This document shows positions 11,231 to 21,111 of a DNA stretch of 64,000 nt, piece by piece. This DNA is from Candidatus Latescibacterota bacterium. GTDB lineage: Bacteria; Krumholzibacteriota; Krumholzibacteriia; WVZY01. The first letter of the stretch is position 1. Every line of letters begins with the position of its first letter. A program made the position numbers and the translations under genes. The notes beneath the pieces were generated by a model that had not been told where the DNA came from, did no database searches, and saw only the letters and a list, made by a program, of their open reading frames with translations. The stretch covers positions 224,001 through 288,000 of the forward strand of contig CAWBQK010000011.1 of assembly GCA_963791045.1 (NCBI GenBank), in the 5' to 3' direction.

Positions 11231-13806
11231 TCGGTAAGACGATTTCGAAATACAAAGTCATCGAACGCATCGGCGCCGGTGCGATGGGCGAGGTGTACAA
11301 AGCGGAGGACACCGAACTGCGGCGCCCCGTCGCGCTCAAGTTTCTCTCGCGCGAAATGACCCTCGACGAAACCTACGCGAAACGGTTCATGCGCGAAGCC
11401 CAGGCCGCATCTGCACTCGATCACCCCAACGTCTGCACGATTTACGAAATCAACCACACGCGCGACAAGCGCATGTACATCGCGATGGCCTACTGCGACG
11501 GTTTGTCGCTCCGTGAGCAGCTTGCCAAGGGGTTGATGGATGTCGGTTCGGCTGTGGGGTACGCGCTCGGAGTCGCCGACTGTCTTGCTCAGGCGCACCG
11601 AAAGGGCATCATCCATCGGGATATTAAACCGGCGAACCTGGTGGTGACGGGCGAGAGTGTCGTCAAGGTTCTTGATTTCGGGCTGGCCAAACTCGCAGGC
11701 CGCTCGCAGGTGACGTCGAGCGGCACGACGCTGGGGACGCTTTCATACATGTCACCCGAACAGGCGAAGGCGATGGAAGTCGACAACCGGTCGGATATTT
11801 TTTCGCTCGGAGTGACGCTCTATGAAATGCTCACCGGAGAGAGCCCATTCTACGCGGACAACGAAGCGGCCGTCGTCTACAAAATATTGAACGTCGACCC
11901 TACGCCGGTTTGTGAGCTTCGTTCCGAGGTGTCGGAAGATCTTGAACGCGTCGTGACGAAAGCGATGGAGAAGAATCCGGAGGATCGGTACCAGAGCATG
12001 GAGGAGTTCAGAGACGAACTCTTCGACGTGCTCCACGCCATCGAGCCGAGCCGGGCCATGCGCTTCGAGTCGTTCCGGCGGACGGGGAAGCGCCAGGTTA
12101 AGAAGCGTTCGCGGCTTATGTGGCCCTCGGTTCTGGCGGCCATCGTCCTCGTCGCCGTCGTTCTCAATTGGAGTTCGATCAAGAGAATCCTCGGGTTCGG
12201 CGGTGTCGGCGATTCGAAAGGCATCGCCGTTCTCCAGCTCGATGCGTCCTCGGTCGGCGCCGGAGGGAACGCGTTTGCGAAGGGGCTTGCCGTCGATCTC
12301 ACAAGCCGCATCCAGCGTCTCTCCGAGTTCGATCCCGATCTCTGGGTTGTCCCCGATGGCCGCGTTCGAAATGCCGGGATTGACGATCCAGCGCGGGCGC
12401 TAAAGACGTTTGGTGTCGACGCGGTCATCGTGGGCTCGGTTTCGGAAACCGAAGACGCCTACGGATTCGAGCTCCGGCTTGTGGATCCGTACGCGGTGCG
12501 TCCGCTGGCCGTGTTCGAATCATCCACCGACGATTATTCCTGGCAGAAGGAAATGTACGAATGGATAGCCGGCGTGCTCGAAGTCGAAATGGACAGCACG
12601 CAGGTGGGGATGTTGACGGCGGGCGACCCCGGTGACTGGGAAGCGTCGGGATTGGTGGTGGTTGGGCTTGGATACCTCACCGAGACGGACCCCGTGTATG
12701 CCGATTCCGCGCTCATGACCTTTGGCGACGCCTTGCTCATCGAGCCTGAATATGCGAGCGCGCATGTCGGGCACGCGCGTGCGTTGTATAGGAAGAATCG
12801 GCAATCGGAAGGTTCGGGGTGGGTAGACGACGCGGTGTCTTCGTGCCGCGCGGCCCTCGAGATCGATAGCCTCAGGGGCGACGCTTACCGCACGCTCTCA
12901 AACATCCACGCGAATGTCGGCGAAAACGACCAGGCGGTGGAGGATCTACTTCGCGCGATCCGGGTAAACCCGAGGGATTCGCGGGCCAGACACGATCTTG
13001 CTTTCACATATCTTCGCAATGGACGATACGACAAGACCGAGCAAATGTGCCGTGCCGCCATCGTTGCCAACCCTTCGTACTGGGGCGGCTACGAGGACCT
13101 GGGTTATGTCTGCTATGTACTTGGAAAGTACGATGAAGCGATCGCGCAGTTCGAAAAGGCCGCCGAACTTACTCCCGACTTCGGCCCGAATTATAACTAT
13201 CTCGGCGCTCTCTATTATATAAAGGAGAGATGGCCCGAAGCGATCGCCAACTTCGAGAAATCGTTCGCGCTCAAAAAGAACTACGAAGCGTGCGCGAACC
13301 TCGGGACGTTGTACTACATGGAGGGCCGGTTCGCCGACGCGGCGCGGATGTACGAGTGGGCGCTCGAGTACCACCCCTCCGATCATCTTGTTGTCGGCAA
13401 TCTCGCCGTGGCGTACTACTACATACCCGCGGAGAGGGAACGCGCTGCGCCGCTCTTCGAGAAAGCGATCACGTTGGCGCGCGCGAAGCTCGCCGAAACC
13501 CCGGGAGATGCGGGGCTGATGGCCGTCCTTGCCGGTTACTACTCGATCGATCACCCAGACTCGGCGGTTTACTTTGCCGAACAAGCATTGGCCATCGCGC
13601 CGGACGACTCGGAAGTTCTCTTTCGGGCCGCCGGAGTTTATGAACAGATCGACGAGCGGCCGAGGGCCCTGGTGCTTCTCGGCGACGCGCTCGCAAATGG
13701 GTATTCGTTGAAAGTTGTCGAGAACGAAGAGCAGTTCGTCGAGTTGAGAAAGGATCCACGGTACGCGCTGCTCGTGGCGGAAGCAAAAGAGTCGAAGGAC
13801 GATTAG
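11227..13806 (+). CDS. Hanks-type Ser/Thr kinase with a TM helix and extracytoplasmic TPR domain
   Basis: GAGAMG, VALK, HRDIKPAN, DFG, YMSPE; TM at ~aa 300; TPRs; ATGA overlap with the protease stop. Confidence 0.95.
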   Translation: MIGKTISKYKVIERIGAGAMGEVYKAEDTELRRPVALKFLSREMTLDETYAKRFMREAQAASALDHPNVCTIYEINHTRDKRMYIAMAYCDGLSLREQLAKGLMDVGSAVGYALGVADCLAQAHRKGIIHRDIKPANLVVTGESVVKVLDFGLAKLAGRSQVTSSGTTLGTLSYMSPEQAKAMEVDNRSDIFSLGVTLYEMLTGESPFYADNEAAVVYKILNVDPTPVCELRSEVSEDLERVVTKAMEKNPEDRYQSMEEFRDELFDVLHAIEPSRAMRFESFRRTGKRQVKKRSRLMWPSVLAAIVLVAVVLNWSSIKRILGFGGVGDSKGIAVLQLDASSVGAGGNAFAKGLAVDLTSRIQRLSEFDPDLWVVPDGRVRNAGIDDPARALKTFGVDAVIVGSVSETEDAYGFELRLVDPYAVRPLAVFESSTDDYSWQKEMYEWIAGVLEVEMDSTQVGMLTAGDPGDWEASGLVVVGLGYLTETDPVYADSALMTFGDALLIEPEYASAHVGHARALYRKNRQSEGSGWVDDAVSSCRAALEIDSLRGDAYRTLSNIHANVGENDQAVEDLLRAIRVNPRDSRARHDLAFTYLRNGRYDKTEQMCRAAIVANPSYWGGYEDLGYVCYVLGKYDEAIAQFEKAAELTPDFGPNYNYLGALYYIKERWPEAIANFEKSFALKKNYEACANLGTLYYMEGRFADAARMYEWALEYHPSDHLVVGNLAVAYYYIPAERERAAPLFEKAITLARAKLAETPGDAGLMAVLAGYYSIDHPDSAVYFAEQALAIAPDDSEVLFRAAGVYEQIDERPRALVLLGDALANGYSLKVVENEEQFVELRKDPRYALLVAEAKESKDD

Positions 13807-13885
13807 CCGCGCCGGTTGTGTCGTCGAGTCGTGGACTGATTCGGCGCCCGCCGCGCGGTTCGAACCCGTTGAAAAGGAGGTCCCT

Positions 13886-14314
13886 GTGCTAAAACTCGTC
13901 AAACCAATGCGGACGTTGACCGCGGTGTCGCTCGGTCTCGTTGTGTTGATTGCGATTGGCATGAGCGGTATTGTGGGATGTTTTGGCGACGATGAGATTG
14001 AGCTGTTTATCGTGTCGGATGGCGGGCGGTGCACGATCGCCGATGCCGACGGCAACAACAGGATAGAGGTTAAACAGGGCCAGTGGATCATTTTCAATAA
14101 CGAGACGAGCACCGACGTCGAACTGGATTTGTCGCCCAATTTGAGACTGTTTGGCGTGGTCAAGTTGATCTCGTACCGTGGCGGCAGCAAACTCAAGCTC
14201 ATGGTTTTCCCGGATGCGGCGACCGGAGAACATCCGATCCGCACCAACTGCGGAACGACCGATCCTCCACCGGTTATTATCGTTAACCCGCCTGGTGGTG
14301 GTGGGGGTGGTTGA
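13886..14314 (+). CDS. small lipoprotein, possibly a cupredoxin-like beta-sandwich
   Basis: AAGGAGG RBS, lipobox IVGC, IEVKQGQWIIFNN, Pro/Gly-rich tail. Confidence 0.7.
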   Translation: MLKLVKPMRTLTAVSLGLVVLIAIGMSGIVGCFGDDEIELFIVSDGGRCTIADADGNNRIEVKQGQWIIFNNETSTDVELDLSPNLRLFGVVKLISYRGGSKLKLMVFPDAATGEHPIRTNCGTTDPPPVIIVNPPGGGGGG

Positions 14315-14350
14315 TCGGAGCAAGTAGTCAACCAAGTTAAGTCTTTTCAA

Positions 14351-14383
14351 GAACGGCCCGGAGACTCCGGGCCGTTTTGTTTT
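14351..14383 (+). terminator. intrinsic terminator
   Basis: AACGGCCCGG-AGACT-CCGGGCCGTT followed by a T-tract. Confidence 0.8.
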
Positions 14384-14568
14384 GACGATCGAGCCGACCG
14401 CACAGTCAATATTTTATCGGCAGAAATCCGTCCGATGCTTTCACCCCTAATTTGATATTTGATTCTCGTTTGTGTATACTTGACTGGTAGGCTTCCTACG
14501 GATAACCAGCAACTATGCCGCGCTTGTGCCTCATAACTACGTCGCCATGTGGCGACGGGGAGAAAATC

Positions 14569-17500
14569 GTGAAGACTTTCATCTGTGCCGTATTGACGCT
14601 TCTCGTAATGACATCGATTCTGCCGTCCATAGCGGACGCGCAGATGGACACCAACCAGATTGCGCTCAGGCAAATGGCGACGAGGCTTGACAAGAAATGG
14701 GAGGATGGGCGGACACAATTATACTTCGATCTTTTGAACAACCCGAGTGCGGCTCAGCAGGTGCTCAATGAGAGCCCGAACATCGAGTTGATGTTTATCC
14801 GCGAGTCGGGCGTACCCGCATTCTACGTGACGGAAAACCTCGCCGCTGCGATAACGATCAGCACCAACCAGGTGTGGCCCGGCGGAGACACCGGCCTGGG
14901 CCTGTCGGGCGCCGGCACGCCGGGGTATCGACTGGGCATTTGGGACGGCGGTGGTGTTCGTCTCACGCACCAGGAGTTTGGCGGACGCGTCACACAAATG
15001 GACAGCCCATCGAGTTACAGCGATCACGCCACACATGTCGCCGGCACCATGGTTGCTGGTGGTTTCGTCGCAGGCGCCAAGGGAATGTCATACGCGGCCA
15101 ACCTGAACGCATGGGACTGGACGAACGACGAGTCCGAGATGGCCACCGCAGCCGCGGCGGGGATGCTCGCGTCGAACCACTCGTATGGATTTAGCACCGG
15201 ATGGCGATATGACGGCGCCAACTGGTACTGGTATGGCGACATCGGAGTCAGCCAAACCGAAGACTGGGGATTCGGGTTTTACAGCTCCGATACGCAGGAC
15301 ATGGATCAGATGACATACCTCGCACCATATTACTTGATGTGCCGGTCGGCCGGAAACGATCGGAACGAAAACGGTCCCGGCGTTGGTGGTGGTCATTACG
15401 TGTGGAACGGAGGATGGGTGTGGAGTACGACCACCCGCGATCCTGATGGCGGCGCCGATGGGTATGATTCGATCGGTTGGAAAAAGAACGCAAAAAATAT
15501 TTTGACGGTTGGTGCGGTGCTGGATATTCCGGGTGGCTACACGCAGCCCAGCGACGTCGTGCAGACGGCGTTCAGCAGCTGGGGCCCGACCGACGACGGC
15601 CGTATCAAACCGGATATCGTTGCCAACGGTTACGGACTTCTATCATCGATCGCCACCGGCGACGCGAGTTATTCGTCGTACAACGGAACATCGATGTCGA
15701 GTCCCAACGTGACCGGATCGGTAAACCTCCTCAACGGCCATTACATCGCGACAAAGGGTGCCAATCCATTGTCATCGACGATGAAGGCGATTCTCCTCCA
15801 CACGGCGGATGAAGCGGGCGCCGCGGACGGACCCGATTATCAGAATGGTTGGGGCCTCATGAACACGGCCAAGGCGGCCCTTGCGATTTCAGGCTCGGCA
15901 AATATCACCGAGGCCACTTTGGCAAACTCGACAACGCACACATATCTCTGCACGCTCGCCACGGCGTCGGATCTGCGGACCACCATGGTGTGGACCGACC
16001 TTGCGGGAACCCCTCCAGGGACGTCATTGAATCCGACCACGAAAATGCTCCGCAACGATCTCGACGTCCGCGTGGAACACCTCGTGTCGGCGACGGTGTA
16101 CGAGCCGTGGATTCTCGACGGCGCCAACCCGGCGAATCCGGCGACCACCGGCGACAACTCAGTGGACAATGTCGAACAGGTGATGATCGCGAACGCACCG
16201 GCGGGGATCTATGAAATTACAGTATCGCACAAAGGCAATATCGGCAGCGGTCAGACTTACTCGATCATTTGGGATAAGACGGCCGGCCCGGTTGTCAATG
16301 TCGTCATTCCGTCCTCCGGTTATGCGGATACCGGTATTCTGGTGACGATCGGCGGCGAGAACTTTGCCTACGGCGCCACGGTTGATATGGGCGCAGGAAT
16401 CACGGTCAACAGTGTCGTGACGGAAAGCCCCGACACGCTTCGCGTCGACATTTCGATCGACGCCGCGGCCGCGCTGGGAACCAGGGACGTTATCGTCACC
16501 AACGGCGGAACAATTGCGGACACGCTCTTTGCGGGCTTCATCGTCAAGACAACGACCCTTCACTATGTATCTCCCAGCGGCGGCAATGTGTATCCGTACG
16601 TCACGCCGGCCACGGCCGCGCTTGCCATCGCCGATGCGATCGGCGCCGCGGTTGAAGGGGATTCAGTCCTGGTAGAGACGGCCACCTACAGCGGTGTGTC
16701 ACTCTCGATCACAAAAGGCGTTGAACTCTACGGCGCCTGGGATGGAACGTTCACAAGTCGTGACCTCGCCACGGGTAAGTCCGTGATTTCTCTCAGCGGG
16801 GCGATCGCTATCGGTCCCGTTCCTTCCGGGACATGCATTGTGGACGGTTTCGAAATTCGGGATGGCACCGGAGTCACGTTGATCTCCCCGATTAGTGGAA
16901 AATATGGCGGCGCCATTTGGGTGTCGACTTCGAGCGTCGAAATCGCCAACTGTTATCTCCACGACAACAGCGCCGATAACGGTGCCTACGGTGCGGGCGG
17001 TGGGATTTACGCCACCGGCGCGACAATCGATATTATCGATACGGAAATCACTTCGTGCTCCGCCGTCCAGGGCGGCGCGATATTCCTCGAGAATTGCGAT
17101 GGCTCGATCTCAGGGTCGAACATTCACAATAACTCGCTCCTCTACAGTGGAAACCCGTCGAATGGCGGCGGTCTGTATATCGTCAACTCGTCGACGGTCG
17201 CGATGAGCGGCAATACCATCGATCAGAACACCGCCGATCCGGCATCTGGGAGCGGATTGAGCGGTGGTGGCCTCTACATCAAGAACACGACGTCCGTAAC
17301 GATGGACGGCGATGTTATTAGCTACAACGACGCGGGGATTTCAGGATCAAGCGGATCCGGCGGCGGGATACTCGTCGAGGCGTCAGGTCTGACGATGACC
17401 GGAGTGACACTCGAGGGGAACGAGGCCAAGACGTTTGGCGGCGGACTCAGTGTGGATGCCGCCTCAACCCTGTCGATGACGGATGGAATCGTCAACGGGA

Positions 17501-18576
17501 ACTCCGCTCTTATCGCCGGTGGCGGCTACATCGCGAGTACGGAGACCACGATCAACTACAATCTCGTGGTCGGCAATACGGGCACGGCCCTGTATTTGCT
17601 TTCACCGACGAGCGGCAGCTTTATCGGCAACACGATGGACCAGAACAGTGGGTCGTTCGGCGCCGCGTACTTCTCGAACACGGCAATCCCCGTTATCAAC
17701 AACATCGTCACCAATACGACGGGAAGCGGAATCAAGGCTGCGGGCGCGACGGTACCGTCGGTGACCTATTGCAACGTGTGGAACAACTCCGGCGTGGACT
17801 ACGATGGTGTCACGGCGGGTACGGGTTGTATTTCTCTCGATCCGATCTATGTGAATCCGGCTACGCCAGACTATCACCTTGCGCTCCACTCGCCGTCGAT
17901 CGACGCCGGTGATCCCGATCCGGGTTACTACGATCCGGATGGGTCGCGCGGTGACATGGGGGTCTACGGCTCGCACGCGTTCACGATGGACCAGCCCGAG
18001 TATCCCAAAGATCTCGCCGCGGGTATCGTGTCGGGCGACGCCGTCCTGGTCTGGAACACAAATCCCGAACCCGATGTGACGCACTACGCGGTTTATAAGA
18101 ATGCCGATCCGGCCTTCATTCCGTCGTCGGCTAACTTTGTCACGCTGGTTGCAGCACCGGACACCACGTACAACGACGGTACGGCGGTCAGCGGCATGTA
18201 TTACAAGGTGAACGCCGTCGACGCGACCGACTATGCAGGCGGCTACGCCGGCCCGGTTGAGGCGGAAGCAACGGGTATCGGTGATGATGTTGTGTCGTTC
18301 ACCAACAACCTGTCGCAAAACCATCCCAACCCGTTCAACCCGACGACAAGGATCTCGTACGAGATCCGGTCGCGTGTCCACGTCTCGCTCTCCGTGTACG
18401 ACGTGCAGGGCCGGACGATTAAGACTCTCGTGAACGAGGTCAAGAGTCCCGGGCAGTTCACCGCCCAGTGGGATGGAACCAACAACAACGGTTCGCGCGT
18501 ATCGACAGGCGTGTACTTCTACCGGTTGAACGCCGGGTCGTTCGTGCAGACCAAGAAAATGGTAATGCTGAAATAA
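14569..18576 (+). CDS. secreted S8 subtilase with Ig-like, right-handed beta-helix, Fn3-like and FlgD-Ig/T9SS-type domains
   Basis: IWDGG, HATHVAG and GTSMS triad; GGGIY beta-helix repeats; QNHPNPFNP..KKMVMLK tail. Confidence 0.93.
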   Translation: MKTFICAVLTLLVMTSILPSIADAQMDTNQIALRQMATRLDKKWEDGRTQLYFDLLNNPSAAQQVLNESPNIELMFIRESGVPAFYVTENLAAAITISTNQVWPGGDTGLGLSGAGTPGYRLGIWDGGGVRLTHQEFGGRVTQMDSPSSYSDHATHVAGTMVAGGFVAGAKGMSYAANLNAWDWTNDESEMATAAAAGMLASNHSYGFSTGWRYDGANWYWYGDIGVSQTEDWGFGFYSSDTQDMDQMTYLAPYYLMCRSAGNDRNENGPGVGGGHYVWNGGWVWSTTTRDPDGGADGYDSIGWKKNAKNILTVGAVLDIPGGYTQPSDVVQTAFSSWGPTDDGRIKPDIVANGYGLLSSIATGDASYSSYNGTSMSSPNVTGSVNLLNGHYIATKGANPLSSTMKAILLHTADEAGAADGPDYQNGWGLMNTAKAALAISGSANITEATLANSTTHTYLCTLATASDLRTTMVWTDLAGTPPGTSLNPTTKMLRNDLDVRVEHLVSATVYEPWILDGANPANPATTGDNSVDNVEQVMIANAPAGIYEITVSHKGNIGSGQTYSIIWDKTAGPVVNVVIPSSGYADTGILVTIGGENFAYGATVDMGAGITVNSVVTESPDTLRVDISIDAAAALGTRDVIVTNGGTIADTLFAGFIVKTTTLHYVSPSGGNVYPYVTPATAALAIADAIGAAVEGDSVLVETATYSGVSLSITKGVELYGAWDGTFTSRDLATGKSVISLSGAIAIGPVPSGTCIVDGFEIRDGTGVTLISPISGKYGGAIWVSTSSVEIANCYLHDNSADNGAYGAGGGIYATGATIDIIDTEITSCSAVQGGAIFLENCDGSISGSNIHNNSLLYSGNPSNGGGLYIVNSSTVAMSGNTIDQNTADPASGSGLSGGGLYIKNTTSVTMDGDVISYNDAGISGSSGSGGGILVEASGLTMTGVTLEGNEAKTFGGGLSVDAASTLSMTDGIVNGNSALIAGGGYIASTETTINYNLVVGNTGTALYLLSPTSGSFIGNTMDQNSGSFGAAYFSNTAIPVINNIVTNTTGSGIKAAGATVPSVTYCNVWNNSGVDYDGVTAGTGCISLDPIYVNPATPDYHLALHSPSIDAGDPDPGYYDPDGSRGDMGVYGSHAFTMDQPEYPKDLAAGIVSGDAVLVWNTNPEPDVTHYAVYKNADPAFIPSSANFVTLVAAPDTTYNDGTAVSGMYYKVNAVDATDYAGGYAGPVEAEATGIGDDVVSFTNNLSQNHPNPFNPTTRISYEIRSRVHVSLSVYDVQGRTIKTLVNEVKSPGQFTAQWDGTNNNGSRVSTGVYFYRLNAGSFVQTKKMVMLK

Positions 18577-18595
18577 TTCGTGCTTTGGTTAGTTC

Positions 18596-18639
18596 AAAAA
18601 CCCGGTCACCGATGACGAAGTCGGCGGCCGGGTTTTTTT
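18596..18639 (+). terminator. intrinsic terminator
   Basis: AAAAACCCGG..CCGGGTTTTTTT. Confidence 0.8.
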
Positions 18640-18819
18640 ATTTTCTTGTTCGTTCGCGCCGCGTAACCAGGAACCAATTCGATTCACCACCGCAATACGC
18701 ATTTCTTATCAACCAATTTGACAGTCGAATGTGAATCGTGTTGCCAAAATACGGGGTGGCGGTATGTGGCCATCTCTATAACTCGTTATATAACCACATA
18801 TACCGTCTGTCCTCCGAAG

Positions 18820-18835
18820 TGGCACGCCGGTTGCC
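18820..18835 (+). promoter_or_regulatory. sigma54 -24/-12 promoter
   Basis: exact TGGCAC-GCCGG-TTGC. Confidence 0.85.
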
Positions 18836-18845
18836 ATAGGACATT

Positions 18846-19117
18846 ACAACAATCAACTCGAGACCCCGCTAAGCCTACTGCTCAACGCGAACACGACACC
18901 TCGCGTCGCGGATGGCTAGCTCGAATCGTCCAGGGGTGGAGGGTTACAGGCATCCGAGAGGAGGTACTCACGACATTGTGCGGCATTGATTCCCCCAAGG
19001 CCACCCAAGGCCGCCAACTTGCACCAGCAGGCTTTGTTCGCGCAATATTGATGAGAAGGAAAGTGCAATCCAACGGATGACCTTAAAGCCCCGCGATGAC
19101 CGCGGGGCTTTTTATTT
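18846..19117 (+). ncRNA. putative sigma54-dependent structured small RNA (or short-peptide mRNA)
   Basis: bounded by the consensus sigma54 promoter and a terminator; nested stems ACCCC/GGGGT, AGCC/GGCT, ACGCGA/TCGCGT and ATTGTGCG/CGCGCAAT. Confidence 0.55.
19085..19117. terminator. bidirectional intrinsic terminator
   Basis: AAAGCCCCGCG-ATGAC-CGCGGGGCTTTTT. Confidence 0.85.
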
Positions 19118-19148
19118 GTGAAGACGAAGAGGACGCACTCGACATGAC

Positions 19149-19673
19149 TTACCTCTTTAACATTGAGAAACACGTGGGACAGAACTCGGGGTTCTTGACA
19201 TCAATGTCTTCGACAAACGTCGACGAGTGCATGACGCAGGAGTAGTTGTCGCAGTGCTTGAGATTGAAGGTGTGGCCGAGTTCGTGGAACACTTCTTTCT
19301 CGAGCCTGTGGAGTTCGGTGTCGGGATCGTCGGGAAGTCCATAAAAAGAATTTCGCAGACGATGACACGATGCCACGGCGACGGAGCCGTCGAGCTGAGC
19401 TTCGCCAAAAACATGGGTGAGAACGGGGATAAATAAATCCTGATCGGTGATCCCGATGAGTTTTGAGTCGGAGGGCACGACCTTGAGGAGTTCGAGGAGC
19501 AGAGACGTAGAATTATACTGCATCCGTCTATCGTCGAACGAGCCGCGAAGGTCGATGGCGGGTGCGAAAGAAGCGGACGGAACTCCGAAAACTTCGGGTA
19601 TCCGACGCAAGATATGACTCATGGAGCCTTCTTTTGGTGTTACAAGAGGCGCCACGTAGATTGTCGAGATCAT
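19149..19673 (-). CDS. archaemetzincin (peptidase M54)
   Basis: HELGHTFNLKHC..CVM..FCPTC and VFGEA; ATGA overlap with the regulator. Confidence 0.92.
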   Translation of the reverse strand: MISTIYVAPLVTPKEGSMSHILRRIPEVFGVPSASFAPAIDLRGSFDDRRMQYNSTSLLLELLKVVPSDSKLIGITDQDLFIPVLTHVFGEAQLDGSVAVASCHRLRNSFYGLPDDPDTELHRLEKEVFHELGHTFNLKHCDNYSCVMHSSTFVEDIDVKNPEFCPTCFSMLKR

Positions 19674-21022
19674 TCGCCTTGTTTGGTGAGTCCGAACTTC
19701 TTGATTTTGTTGTATAAGGTCACCCGGTCGATACCGAGTTTCTTGGCTGCCTGGGTAATGTTCCAGCCGGTCTGTTCGAGAACGGTAACTATATGATTCT
19801 TCTCAACAGATTCCAACGAGTCGTTCGGCGCGGGTTTCTCCACCTCTGGGCCGTGAAGCGCCAGGCATTCCGGACGAATCTCGGTGAACCGGCATGCGAC
19901 GACGGCGCGTTCTATGGCATTCTTGAGTTCGCGGACGTTGCCCGGCCAGTCGTGATGAACGAGCTCGTCCATCGCCTCATCCGTAATGGAGTCTATCGGT
20001 TTGTTGATCTGTCGCGCGTATTTCTGTACGAAATGTTCGACGAGCACTGGAATATCCGAACGCCGCTCGCGAAGCGGCGGAATCGTGATAGGGAACACAT
20101 TGATCCGGTAGTAGAAGTCTTCCCTGAAATCTCCACGCTTGATGGCCTCTTCGAGATCCTGGTTGGTCGCGCAGATCACGCGGAAATCAACCGAGATGAG
20201 CTGATTGCCTCCGAGCCTCGTGAACTGCCGGGTCTCGAGTGCGCGGAGAAGATCGATCTGTGTTTTCGCGCTTATCGTTCCGATCTCGTCCAGAAAGAGC
20301 GTTCCGCCGTCGGCAACCTCGAGCTTGCCTTTGTGCCTGTATTGAGCGCCGGTAAAAGAACCCTTTTCGTGTCCAAAAAGCTCGCTCTCGAGAAGCGACT
20401 CATTGAGAGCGCCGCAGTTTACCGGCACCAGGGGAAAATAGCGGCGGGGGCTCTTGGCATGGATGAGCCTGGCGACGAGTTCTTTGCCCGTTCCGCTCTC
20501 GCCGCGAATGAGAACCGTTACATCGGATTGGGCAACGGTGTTGCTGAGTTCCTTGAGTTTCTGAACGGCGGGGCTTTCCCCGATCAGGTCGTCCTCGAAG
20601 GCCAGCTCTTCGATCCGCTTTCTCAATTCGATGTTCTCTTTTTTGAGCATCCGCTGTTCGACGGCGCGCGCGACGAGACGGCTGAGATCGTCGGGGTCGA
20701 TCGGTTTGGTGACATAGTCGAATGCCCCCTCCTTCAACGCCTCGACCGCCGTATCGACCGACGCATACGCAGTGATCATAATCACGATGATGCTTGGATC
20801 GATCCGTTTGATTCGTTTTTGAAGCTCCATGCCGTCGATGTTGGGCATCATGATGTCGAGGAGGACGATGTCGAAGGATTTCTCGGAGAACTGTTTTAAC
20901 GCGTCGGCGGCATCTTCGGCCTTGTGCGCGTCATAACCGTCCTTGTTGAACCAGTCACAAAGCGAGTTGCGAACGGCAGATTCGTCGTCGACAACCAGAA
21001 TTGAGATCGCGTCGTTTTTCAT
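19670..21022 (-). CDS. NtrC-family sigma54 response regulator
   Basis: REC (VVDD, LLD, KP), GESGTGKE, GSFTGA, Fis HTH. Confidence 0.95.
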   Translation of the reverse strand: MKNDAISILVVDDESAVRNSLCDWFNKDGYDAHKAEDAADALKQFSEKSFDIVLLDIMMPNIDGMELQKRIKRIDPSIIVIMITAYASVDTAVEALKEGAFDYVTKPIDPDDLSRLVARAVEQRMLKKENIELRKRIEELAFEDDLIGESPAVQKLKELSNTVAQSDVTVLIRGESGTGKELVARLIHAKSPRRYFPLVPVNCGALNESLLESELFGHEKGSFTGAQYRHKGKLEVADGGTLFLDEIGTISAKTQIDLLRALETRQFTRLGGNQLISVDFRVICATNQDLEEAIKRGDFREDFYYRINVFPITIPPLRERRSDIPVLVEHFVQKYARQINKPIDSITDEAMDELVHHDWPGNVRELKNAIERAVVACRFTEIRPECLALHGPEVEKPAPNDSLESVEKNHIVTVLEQTGWNITQAAKKLGIDRVTLYNKIKKFGLTKQGE

Positions 21023-21111
21023 CTCGTCCCCTTGTACAAGAACTCAAAAACCGTCCAGATCGGTCTATTGCTTTATGTGAATACCCGGCGGCGTTGAGCC
21101 CGAAATCCGGC

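Noticed and set aside
18718-19080. 120-aa ORF
   Set aside because: It starts upstream of and runs through the sigma54 promoter, with no clear RBS at its start; only the 3' part could be translated.
18846-19117. Identification as SRP, tmRNA, RNase P or CsrB
   Set aside because: Hallmark motifs were not recognised, and the GGA motifs are too few and irregular to call CsrB by eye.
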